This document shows, in pieces, positions 27,004-38,989 of a stretch of DNA of 64,000 nucleotides; the first letter of the stretch is position 1, and the number at the start of each line of letters is the position of its first letter. The DNA is from Mobula hypostoma. Lineage: Eukaryota. The stretch lies in assembly GCF_963921235.1 (NCBI RefSeq), contig NC_086097.1:87856001-87920000 (forward strand). The letters are read 5' to 3'. The translations under genes and the position numbers were made by a program. Below the pieces are notes generated by a model. It made no database searches. It was not told the DNA's origin and saw only the letters and a program-made list of their open reading frames with translations.

Positions 27004-27844
27004 GTACGTCTAATCGCAGTTAGTCATTCAGTTGGCAGCCCCTGGCAGTACATTAAAGAGCAGTGTTCAGTTAGTACAAATTGCCTGTGCCCTGCTGAGC
27101 AGACTAACTGAGAGACTGATGTGATGGATATCTGCTGTTAGGTACTCATTTCCTGTTAATTGTTGGCTCTGACATTAGACTGAAATAAAGTAGAAATAAT
27201 TCATGTGCTGCTTGCACCCACTAATTGCATGCTAGGCAATCCTTCAGAAGTAATCCACACAGGGTCTACTGTAGACACAGTAGATCGCTCCAAACTCATG
27301 ATGCCAATATTTATCTGTCATTCAATAAAGTAACTCTCATCACGATATACAATACTGATCTCCTGCCCTCAGCTGGCCTAGCACCAATAACCTTGTGTGT
27401 ATTTTGCAATTAAAAAAAATTTTTTTTACATGAATTCTTTTTTCTCTCTCTCTCATTTTTCTTACTAACTTCCTTTCATTTGCTCTTACTTTCTCATTCT
27501 TGTTTTCACTCCATTATTTTAATCTCGTGACCTTTGTTTGTTCTTTTGCTCTGTCTCCCATCTTTTCCAACATCTATTTCTTCCCTCCTCCTCTCACTTT
27601 GTCCTTCATCCTGCTGCTTTTGCAGCCTTTCCCATACCTGCTGACCTCGTGCTCCACCTCTGTGTACGTCATCTTCATGCTCCCTTTTGCTCTCCTACAC
27701 TCAATCATTGTCTTAACTCTTGTCTTTATTGTACCGTCCATGTGTTTTTCCTGTGATCTTCTCAATCCTACCAACCACAGTAAAAATAATCCCATCTATA
27801 TGTACTGTATTCCCATAACCTGTGTCCTCAGGTGATGAAATAGA

Positions 27845-28290
27845 TCACTGATTTTTAAACAATAGTTACCATCAATCATTAAAGACACTCACTATCAAAG
27901 CACTGAAGCAGCATCCGTCATCAAAAATCCCCACCATCTGCACCATGGCCCTTCTCAATACCATTGTGCAGGAGGTACAGACGCCTTAGATTCTACACCA
28001 CCAAGTTCAGGAACAGTTATTACTCTACAGCTATCAGGTGCTGAATTGGAATGAATAAATTCAATCATCACTACTCTAATTCTATGACCTTTTACAACTC
28101 TTGTTTTCAATATTGTTTTATTTGCACCATTTGTCTTTTACATATTGGTTGTCTGTCAGCATTTGTCTGATTATAGTTTTTTAAATTCTATTGTATTTAT
28201 TTTTTCCTTTGTAAATACTTGCAAGGAAATGAATCACAAGGTAGTATATGGTAGCATATACATTAAATTTATTTTGAACTTTGAACAAAA
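27845..28290 (+). mobile_element. Rex1/Babar-like LINE 3' fragment (sense)
   Basis: gcagcatccgtcatcaaaaatccccaccat...ggaggtacag...ttcaggaacagttattac, ending in a ttttgaactttga tail. Confidence 0.7.
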
Positions 28291-29874
28291 TAGGTCAATG
28301 AAGAGAAAGACATCCTTTCGAAGACCTTGATGACTATCTTTAACAAGTAATAAAATTGGAATAATATTTGTGACTCAGTTGACAATTGAGAATGTATAAT
28401 TAGTATTTGAGAACAGTGTGCATAAATGCCAGTTTTAAGTGTTTAGTTAAGTATTCATGTATTTGAATGAATATATCACATTTTTCTTGGTAGAAGAAGG
28501 GTAATAAAAAATATTGGGACAAAATTGAGCCAATATTTACCTGAATATCAGAAAACCAATTCTGTCCATCTTGTCAGCTAACCTGTGAGTTTAGTTACTG
28601 AATCACAATGACTACTTGCCAAATTTAATCTTGGGATGGATTCATGGGGAACTTCTTTATTTGCTAACCTATGTGGATTTGGGAATCATCATATTTAAGA
28701 ATCTTGATTGCAAAATTGTTATTAGCTTCCTGAATTAGATCCAAGGTTATGCTGAATTATAAGTAGTTTTGTGCCATGAGTGCACACTCAAGGCTGCCTA
28801 GCATCATCCTTTTTGAGTCCAGTATAGATGTGCAACAAAATATTGGTAGCCTAAGCAGAATTTATATTTAATGAGGGAGAAAATAAAGAGTAGTGCCTCC
28901 TCACTTTCTGCATTGGTCACGCACTCTGCACATTTTAACATGAACATGAAATAGTATAAGGCAGGAATGAGAGTGTAGGCCATTCAACGTGTTTAAAAAA
29001 AAACAACTGTAATGTATTGTGCAACATCCTGTATGCATTTGTTTTCCAACTCAGAAACCATATGTAATCACCTGAGAGAGGCAGAAAAATGTATTTAAAA
29101 TCCCAGTCACATCAAGCCAGAGATGGGGGAGAGGTAAGAGATTAATGAGGTGTCAAACTGGTGAAGCTAAACATCAGTACAGTAGCACTAATTTTCTTGC
29201 AGCTGATCTCAAAAGCTTTCTTACATCTCATCAGATAAAACCTCTGCAATCATGCCACATTCAGCCAGAAATGATGGAGGATGGTTGATTAACCAGTGGG
29301 AGGAGTTCTCATCATGATTGTCTCCATCCTAAATGATGGCAGAATCTAGGACTTGCATACAAGAGACAATCTTGGGTGTTAGGTGATCAATCAAAGTTTC
29401 CCACACAAAGCAGCCTACCACCAATTCAAATCACACCTTCCAGAGGTGCAGTCATAAACGAAAGTGTGTTGGAACCTACACAACTTGGCTGCAGTGCCAA
29501 ATACTTGTGGTTCATAACTAGACAGTCTTCTGGACTACCTCACTGACAATGTGGGGAAATTGTTGCACTTTTAAAAATCAGGACAGATCTAATCCAACCA
29601 AATACCAACACCCTTCAGCAAAATGATGAAAATGGTCATTAATATCAAATCAATTTCTGTTTAATCATCCAGCGTCTGCAAAACAGTTTGGGCTCTTCGT
29701 GAGCTGCTCTGCTTCAGACCTTATCACTGTCTTCGTCCACAGGCTAATCAAATGAGTTGAGTTCCAGAAATTCAAAGTGATCACTCAATACACCCACTTC
29801 AAAGATAGGCAGTAAATGCTGGTTTATTTCATTACTTCCCACTTCCTATGAATTGATTCTCATTCACAAGTTCA

Positions 29875-30985
29875 TTAAGGCTTTGATCGACATTGGCAGA
29901 TATTGGTCTCTTGGGCACGGTGATCTGCATCCGAACTTATCAAGCTAAAACTGATGAGGTGCTATAGAGATCAGTGCTGGGTTCAACCATTAACAGTCTC
30001 TATATGGATAAAGGGATAAAGTATAGTTCTTCACAATTATTGAGGATGCAAAGGTAGTTGGGAAATCAAATGATGAAGAGGGCATTGACTGCAAATAAAT
30101 AGATAAATAATTCAGTGGAAAAGATTTGACAGATAGAGTATAATAAGGAAAAGTGTGAGTTTTTGCGGTTGGAGGGAAGAAGATTGCTGCAGTGAGCAGG
30201 GCCTAAGGAACGCTGCAGTGCAGATGGATCTGAGTGTTCTTGTACAGGAAACACTTAAGTTAGCATGAAGTACATTTAGTAATTATGAGGGCAAAAGAGA
30301 GGGTGTACAAAAGTAAGGAGATCTTCAAATTCATATTTAATTATCATTCAACCATACATGAATATAGCCAAACGAAACCGTGTTCCTCCAGGGCCAAGGT
30401 GCAAAACATATTGCACACAGCACACAGTGCACCACACATCGCACAAATAGTACATATGGTTACAATAGATGGTCGCTATAATTATATAAGGTTTTGTTAA
30501 AACTATACTTGGGTACTGTGCACAGTTCTGGTGACCTTACTTAAGAACGATATACTTCCATTAGAGGCAGGTCAAAGGAGAGTCAGTATGTTGATTCCTG
30601 AAATGAAGGGATTGGTATGGAACAAAAGTTTGATTGGGTTGTGCCTGTGCCTACTCAAGATTAGAAGAATGAGACATGATTTTATTGAAATGTCAAATTC
30701 TAAGAAGGGTCCTTGGGAAGATTGAAAACTAAGAACCATCGTCTCACCTTCTTAAGACTAAAATTGAGTGGGGGTGGGGAGAGGTGGAATTTCTTCTCAA
30801 AAGATACTCTGTACTTCAGGAAAGCCACGGGAACTCAGACTTTGAATATATTCAAGTCTGAGGTAAATTATTGGACTAAGCTGACAGAGAATAGAAGAAA
30901 AATGAGGCTGAGGCCAAGTGCAAGCATAATCTTATTAATGGCTCACAAACTTGAGAGGCCATATCATCTGCTCTTTCTTCCGTTT
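29875..30985 (+). mobile_element. Old CR1 LINE fragment with a small internal insertion (~30325-30470)
   Basis: gatcagtgctggg, gaggatgcaaag, gtactgtgcacagttctgg, agaatgagacatgattttattgaa are degenerate CR1 RT motifs. Confidence 0.65.
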
Positions 30986-32574
30986 CAGTCAGAAGTGTAT
31001 TATAAAGAATTAAGGCAGCTGGTGTTCCTATAAACCCTTTGGGTGGTTTCAAACATCTATTGTGTGATACCCCACTATCTCAGAATCTGTTTGATGAATC
31101 CCTGTGTGCTGTTTGCCAAAAATGTGTAATCTATTATGAAGATCATCAAATGGACATGACGAACAACCTCCTAAGTTTTTTTTCTCTTTCGCATCATTTT
31201 TAGACAATCAGTTCTTGAGATGCTTGTCTAGCACATAGCATTACTGATTATTTTGGAATGTGCAAATGAGCTACACAGCTGCAAATCTGTGGGAAAAGTC
31301 TAGTCTATTTAATGTTGCTATTTATGTACTTTTAATACTAGTTATTTATGTATTTTCCATGAACAACCACATTAGTCTGGGTACAGTTCCTTCAGTTTGG
31401 TAACAGAAGCATAGGTTTTGTTAAACCTATTAGCCAATTGAAATAATCAAAATGATCATTTGAGATTTTGTACTGTGAAGTTGCACAACACCGATCTCCT
31501 CCATGCATTGATTTTATAAATCTGGATGGAAAATGTGTATAATAATTATATTCTTCTCATAGGTACCCCATGTACAATTTAATCTCCAGGATGATTATTT
31601 AAACTTTGATAACTTACAACAAAGCAATTTCAATGGTGGGGAAGGGGAAAACACTGGAAGAAACACTGTTTGTAATCATTAGCTCCTTCCCTCTCTCCTA
31701 AAAATGTTAAATAAGTTGATTTTTTTTGTTTCGCTGTATGATTTCCTTGACAAAGGTTTATATCATCGCTGGCAGCAGTTGCCCATAATCCAGCAACATG
31801 TTGTTGAATATTGAAAGGAAATGTGTTTTTATTGCAAAAATATTTTATTTAAAATAGAAATAATGTGCCTAAAGTCAATAAATAAAGAAAACTGCAGAAG
31901 GCTTGACAATTGTATATAAACTATGTATTAGTAGTGCCAACTCAAACAAATATACATACATATTCAAACTATTTAGAAAATGTTGCCAGTAATTCTGTTT
32001 GTTATATTGTCATATTGCTATGCTGTCTAGATTAACTATTAATAATGCTTCAAGCTAATTGCATAGCCCAGGCTTTCTGAAATGTCACAATTGATGGATT
32101 GAAGTCTAAATTATGACTAAACAGCAGAGGTTTATCAGCAAATTTAGAGATAGTGTTTAAACTGTGCCTAGCTTATGCAGTCATGAGTGTAGAGGAAGAA
32201 GCGCAGGGTTCAAAGAGAAATTTAAAGAAAGTCTGAGGGGCATCTTTTTCACAGAGGATGATAACGAAGGTCTGGAATCAGTTGCCAGGATGGCTATTGG
32301 GTGCACAGTTCCAACATTTCGGCTGTCCTTCAGAACTCCAGCACAATCACTCGAAATTGTAAATAGCATTCGTTGATGTAGTAAAGATTCTGGAATAAGA
32401 TAATGGAGAACAAATTTTAATCTGGTAATTAAGAAAAGTATGACCATCTTGTTCATCTTTTGAAAAACATTGTCAATAATACAGAAATTAACTGCTTTGA
32501 AATATAATTTAGTGACCTAATTGTTTACTTCACAAGCCAGTAATCCTGTTCCTTTTCTTCATTTCCGTCTACAG

Positions 32575-32702
32575 ATTTGGTCTTAACCGGAGGTCTCCTG
32601 GGTCAGTTGATCGTCTGAGCTTTAATGAGGGCAGTGGTAGTGGTAAATCCACACCCATCTGGCAGAAGAGTGAGGATGGCAACATTGAGAAAACCACAGC
32701 AG
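32575..32702 (+). CDS. SIPA1L1: SIPA1L1 internal coding exon, 128 nt, phase 2/1 (not shown in the ORF track)
   Basis: Polypyrimidine tract plus ctacag|A acceptor, G|gttagt donor. Encodes FGLNRRSPGSVDRLSFNEGSGSGKSTPIWQKSEDGNIEKTTA (cf. FGVSRRSPASIDR...GSGKSTPSWQRSED). Confidence 0.92.
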
Positions 32703-32752
32703 GTTAGTGTGACGTCAGCTATGTGTTCGCTGTTCAATGTCAACACTATATA

Positions 32753-34339
32753 CAGTGCATATAAAAGGTATTCAGCCCCCTTGGTAGTTTATATGTTTTG
32801 TTGTTTTACAACATTGAATCACAATGGATTTAATTGGTTGTAACACTGACGGGCAGAAAAAGACTCCTTCGTGTCAAAGTGAAAACAGATCTCTACGAAG
32901 TGATCTAAATGAACTCCAAATATAGAACACAAAATAATTGATTGCAGACGTATTCACCCTCTTTAATATGACACACCAGATCTTTACTGGTGCAGCCAAA
33001 TGGTTTTGGGAGTCACATAATTAGTTAAATAGAGATCTGTTTTTGGAGACATGTCTGCAGTCAAGGTGTTTCGATTGCATTAAAAATATGCCTGTATCAG
33101 GAAGGTACATCTGCGGTGAGTCAGTATCCTGGCAAAAACTACACAGTGAAGACAAAAGAACACTCCAAGCAAAGGTTATTGAATAGCACATCAGGAGAAG
33201 GATACAAGAAAATTTCCAAGTCACTGACTATCCCTTGAAGTACAGTTAAGTCAATCACCAAGAGATGGAAGGCATTTGGTACAGATGTAAATCTGCCTAG
33301 ACCAGGCCGTTCTCAAAAACTCTGTGACCGTGCAAGTAGGGGACTAGTGGGGCAGGCCATCAAGAAACCTATGACAACTGTGGAGGACTTACAAGCTTCA
33401 GTGGTTGAGATCGGGGAGATGGCACATACAACAGCTGTTGCCCAAGTGCTTCCCCAGTTGCAGCTTTATGGGAGGATGGCAAAAGGAAAGCCACTGTCAG
33501 GGGAAAAAAAAAACTCACATGAAATCTCAGCTAAAGTTTGCCAGAAGGCATGAAGAAAACTGCTGGAAGAAGGTTCTGTGGCCTGATGAAACCAAAATTG
33601 AGCTTTTTGACCATCAGACTAAATGGTAGGTTTGGCATAAAACAAACACAGCACGTCATCAGAAACGCACCATCCCTACTGTGAAGCATGGTAGTGGCTG
33701 CAACATGCTGTGGGGATGCTTCACTGCAGCAGGACCTGGAAGGCTTGTGAAGGTAGAGCGTAAAATGACTGCAGCAAAATACAAGGAAATCCTGGAGGGA
33801 AATCTGCAAGAGAACTGCAACTTTGAAGATTTCCAGCAAGACAGTGACCCAAGCATAAAGCCAAAGCTACACAGAAATGGCTTAAAAACAATGAAGTTAA
33901 AGTCCTGGAGTGGCCATGTCAGAGTTCAGACCTCAATCCTATTGAAGGTTTGTGACTGGCTTGAAAATGGTTCTACACCCACAATCCCCATGCAATCTGA
34001 CAGAGCTTGAGCAGTTTTATAAAGAAAAATGGGGAAAATTGCAGTGTCCAGATGTGCAAAGTCGATAGAGGCCTATCCACATAGACTCAAGACTGTAATT
34101 GCTATGAAAAGTACATCTACTAAATACTGACTTGAAGGAGTAAGTATGCAATCAATTATTTTGTGTTTAATAATTGTAATCAATTTAGACTAATTTGTAG
34201 AAGTGTGTTTTCACTTTGACACAAGAGTCTTTTCTCTTGATCAGTGTCAAAAAGCCAAAATAAGTCCTATGTGATTCAATGTTATAAAGCAATAAACATG
34301 AAGACTTCCAAGGAGGGTGAATCCTTTTTACAGGCACTG
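32753..34339 (+). mobile_element. Tc1-like DNA transposon, degenerate, long TIRs
   Basis: TA|cagtgcatataaaaggtattca at left and tgaatcctttttacaggcactg at right. WKKVLWPDETKIELF, KHGSG-NMLWGCF, FQQDSDP. Same family as 15023-16638. Confidence 0.92.
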
Positions 34340-35100
34340 TGTTTTTTGACTGGGTATTATTCAATTGTTCTATATTAAATTTTCTGCAATTATTACATAA
34401 CTGGTTATTTTAATATGTTTATTATGGTGTTCATAACCAAACAAAGCACGTGTCCCCTAGTTCTAGTCCCTCTTCGCTTTAATCATTATTAAAGCTATAG
34501 CTGGTCTCAAATTTCTCAGATTCAAGCACTGTTTTTGGAAAACAATAAAAAATTTTCAACAATTCCTTATTTGTCACCCACTGCCAAGGGAAAGGCAGAC
34601 TGCAGGGACAAAAGAATGTAGGCTACTGTGACTCAGATGATGCAGTTGCAGAATGAATGGAAATTGGAATGCTTGTTTTTTTAAATGTTTACTTCTGCAC
34701 ATCATAGCCAACACTTTCCAAGCCAAACTGTATGCATCTGTATGTAAAGCACCCATTCATTTGTCAGCCAGCCTGTTTAATTGTTTAAAAAAATACAAAA
34801 AGTACCAGAAGTACTCTGCAAGCATATTGACTTTGGGAGAGAGAAAAAGAATAACATTTTGATTATTGGTGCTGAGGGATGAATCATTTATTTTACTTGT
34901 GTACAGGCACACAAAAGAAGGGAAAGGACGGAAGCAAATAATCAAATGAAAGTCACAGCAGGGTAGATTGTGGTGACAGAGATCAAGCATCAAGATGTTC
35001 TAGACTTTTGTGCCTCCTTCTTTCTTCCACGCAGAACTAAAGAACAGATTGGTGGTTAGATTCCAGGTCAAGTCAGTGAACCAAATGGGCAGGTGTGCCC

Positions 35101-36296
35101 ATAGAGATCCAGTGGATGTGGTGTACCTTGACTTTCAGAAGGCATTTGATAAGGTACCACATAGGAGATTGGTGGGTAAAATCAGAGCTCATGGCATTGG
35201 GGGGAGGTTATTGACATGGATAGAAAACTGGTTAGCAGATAGAAAGCAAAGGGTGGAAGTGAATGGGTCTTTCTCGGAATGGCAGGTGGTGACTAGTGGG
35301 GTGCCACAGGGCTCAGTATTGGGACCACAGCTGTTTACGATTTACGTCAATGATTTAGAGGAAGGCATTGTGAATAACATCAGCAAGTTTGCTGATGATA
35401 CTAAGCTGGGTGGCAGTGTGACATGTGATGAGGATGTTAGGAGAATTCAAGGTGACTTAGATAGGCTGGGTGAGTGGGCAGAAACTTGGCAGATGGCGTT
35501 TAATGTGAATAAGTGTGAGCAAGAACAGGAAGGCAGATTATTATGTGAACGGTGTGGAGTTAGGTAAGGGTGAAATACAAAGAGATCTAGGAGTACTTGT
35601 TCATCAGTCTCTGAAGGTGAATGAGCAAGTGCAGCAGGCAGTGAAGAAGGCTAATGGAATGTTGGCCTTTATTACAAAGGAACTTGAGTACAAGAGCAAG
35701 GAAATCCTTTTGCACTTGTACAGGGCCCTGGTGAGACCACACCTGGAGTATTGTGTGCAGTTTTGGTCTCCAGGGTTAAGGAAGGACATCCTGGCTGTGG
35801 AGGAGGTGCAGCGTAGGTTCACTAGGTTAATTCCTGGGGTGTCCGGACTGTCTTACGCAGAGAGGGTAGAGAGACTGGGCTTGTACACGCTGGGATTAAG
35901 GAGATTGAGGGGGGATCTGATTGAGACATATAAGATTATTAAGGGATTGGACAAGATAGAGGCAGGAAATATGTTCCAGATGCTGGGAGAGTCCAGTACC
36001 AGAGGGCATGGTTTAAGAATAAGGAGTAGGTCATTTAGGACAGAGTTGAGGAGAAACTTCTTCTCCCAGAGAGTTGTGGAGGTGTGGAACGTGCTGCCTC
36101 AGAAGGCAGTGGAGGCCAATTCTCTGGATGCTTTCAAGAAGGAGCTAGATAGGTATCTTATGGATAGGGGAATCAAGGGTTATGGGGACAAGGCAGGAAC
36201 CGGGTATTGTTAGTAGATGATCAGCCATGATCTCAGAATGGTGGTGCAGGCTCGAAGGGCCGAATGGTCTACTTCTGCACCTATTGTCTATTGTCT
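35101..36296 (+). mobile_element. CR1 LINE (HER1-like), 5'-truncated, young
   Basis: VDVVYLDFQKAFDKVPH, SGVPQGSVLGP, KFADDTK, RPHLEYCVQFWSP. One frameshifting deletion near 35520, tail ctattgtctattgtct. Confidence 0.95.
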
Positions 36297-36961
36297 GTTG
36301 TTGCACCCTCAGCTTAAGACAGCCACAGTTATGCCATCTAAACCAGTTCCCACTTTTTTGATCAGTGACATTGATCTTATTAAAGCTGTGTGACTTTTAA
36401 CAATTTAACAATTTTGTCAGTTAACTTGTTTTAAGGGAATTTATTAATTTTCATGTTACATTAATGTTTTTACTTGTTAATTATTTTGATGCATTCACCT
36501 CTGTCTCTGATATCAGAGAAATTTAGAAAAAGTGGAGAATGCCAGACCTGATTACGCTGCCAGGCTGTTCTACCTCACAGAAGTGCCAGCATGACTCTAG
36601 GAGCTGCATAAATAGAAAAGATTGTGCAAAGGTCAGACCAGTGCAATGGTTGGGATGGGGTTAGGGGGTGAATGCAATTTAAACATACCACAATAAAGTG
36701 ATGAACAGAACACCTTCAAGGTTAGCACCCACTAATCAAACAGAAATCTTGGTCGAAATCTGAGAATGTTTTTGCAGACGTACCAAATCTTCTTAAACTC
36801 CTAATGAAATATAGCCACTGTCATGTCTTCTTTGTAGCTGCATCGACATGTTGGGTCCAGGTTAGATCCTTAGAGATATTGACACCCAGGAATTAAAAAC
36901 TGCTCACTCTTTCTACTCCATATGTTCAGAGGTAAAAAACCAATACATACGATGAACTCAT

Positions 36962-37127
36962 AAACAAGAGAGAATCTGCTAATGCTGGAAATCCAAGCAA
37001 CACACACAAAATGCTGGAGGAACTCAGGAGGCCAGGCAGCATCTAAAGAAAAGAATACAGCCGATGACTTGGGCCAAGACCTATCAGCAGGAACCCCTCA
37101 GAGTTCCTCCAGCATTTTGTGTGTGTT
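36962..37127. mobile_element. Short PLE-derived element with a perfect 27-bp inverted repeat
   Basis: aacacacacaaaatgctggaggaactc (36999-37025) versus gagttcctccagcattttgtgtgtgtt (37101-37127), with a decayed hammerhead between them. Confidence 0.75.
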
Positions 37128-38042
37128 ACATACAACAGACTTTTTGGGAATCTTAATGCTGCTGCATTTTTTGTAAAAAAAAACATGACTCCTGTCCTAC
37201 AAATGTCAGAATTCTCATGCTCTTCCATAATCCTTTTTTTTTCTTACCATGGAAAAGTGTTACTATTCTTTCCTGGATAATTTACAGTGTTTTAGTAAGG
37301 AAGCAACTTGTCACATCCTGCCAATCAGAGAATGTCTTCTTAATCCTTGCTCTGCTTCATCATCCACCAGTTGAGCAATTATGAGCCTATTTCACAAGTT
37401 TAAACTTCCTATGCTTTCATGTTTCCAAATGATCTCCTGTGTAGAAATGATCTCTTCTGCAGAGCATTTTCAGTTGTTTACTGGAAACTGATGTTAGGAG
37501 CACTCACACAATTAATGACTTCAAAAAAAAGCTTAAGTTACTCCAGTACAATCTACTTATCACAAGTCCATGGTATCTCTTCCTAATAAACATATATTTG
37601 TCAATTATTCTGCAGAAACCTTTCTCTGGCCATCAATATTTGGGTTAAGGGTTTTAAGTGAGTGTAACCATTCGGTTAGCAATCTCTGCAGAATAAGTTG
37701 CTTATTTATTATTGTACTCAGAAAATTTTACTTTTGTTTGGACAGCTTTGCCCTCACAAATTTGTAGCAATTAAGCACCAAGTTATATTACAAGCTATAA
37801 TTATTGAAATTGGTAGGATATTGCTTGACAGTGGAGCACTGAACATTTCTGATTGCTGTTGAGACCCCAATTGAATACGAAGGTCAACCGATGTTAAATT
37901 TGTAAGAGAAACATTCCTTAGATGTAATGAGGGAAAAAATGTAATATATTTCTTACTTTTATGTCTTTTGTCTTTAGTTTTACAGTTTAAGGGAAATCTT
38001 TGAATTAATTATAATTGTTACAAAATAAATTTTAGTTAGGGT

Positions 38043-38905
38043 GTCCAGTATAGAAACAGGCCCTTATGCGTAACTACTTATCAAACCTACTTCAGCTAGT
38101 CCCATTTGCTTCCGTTTGGCCTATATTCCTCTTAACCGTTCCAATATCTGTAACTCTCTAAATGTCTTTTGGACATTATAATTGTACCATTTCCACTGGC
38201 ATCTCATTCCGCACACACCACCCTCTGTGAAAAGGTTGCCCACCAGGTTCCCTTCAAATCTTTCCACTGTGAACATTCACATAATCTATACCATCCTTGA
38301 TTTTGTACATTGTACCTCTCTAAGGTCAACTTTCAGGTCCCCTTTAAATCTTTTCACTCTCACCTCAAGCCTGTGTATGCTCTTTGGCCTTAGTCTCCCC
38401 CACTGTGAACATTCACCTTATCTTTAACCCTCTTGATTTTGTATAGCTCTGTCTACACTCCAGAGAAAAAAGACACAGCTTATTCAATCCTTCCTTAAGC
38501 CCTCCGTTCCCAGCCCAATTTTTGTGAATCTTTTCTGCACCCCTTCTAGCTTAATGATGTTCTTGCAACAGCAAGGTGACAAGGACTGCACACATTACTC
38601 CATGTGGTCTTATCAACATCTTGTGTAGTTGTTAAATAATGTTCCAACTCTTGTGCTCAGTAGCCTGATCAATTAATACAACTGCGCCTAGCGTCTTCTT
38701 CATCACCCTACCTACCTGTGTCACCATTTTCAGGGACCTATGTAATGTGCCCTTGGGTCTCTGCTTAACAATACTCACCAGGGCCCTGCCCTTTCTTGTT
38801 TAAGTCCAGACCTGGTTTAATTTCCCAAAGCACAACACTTCGCACTTGTCTGAGAGAAATTGAATCTGCTACTCATTCACCCACTTTCTTAGTTGGTGTC
38901 TTATT
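38043..38905 (-). mobile_element. Old CR1 LINE fragment
   Basis: agaaacaggccc tail, accaccctctgtgaaaa, gtgaatcttttctgcaccc, actgcacacattactcc (reverse of EYCVQ). Confidence 0.75.
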
Positions 38906-38989
38906 CTGTAAACAATAATAAAAAGTCTACTTACCAGCTTATTAGCTGACATGTTTAATATGAAGTGTTTAGATGAGTGATCTACAGAT

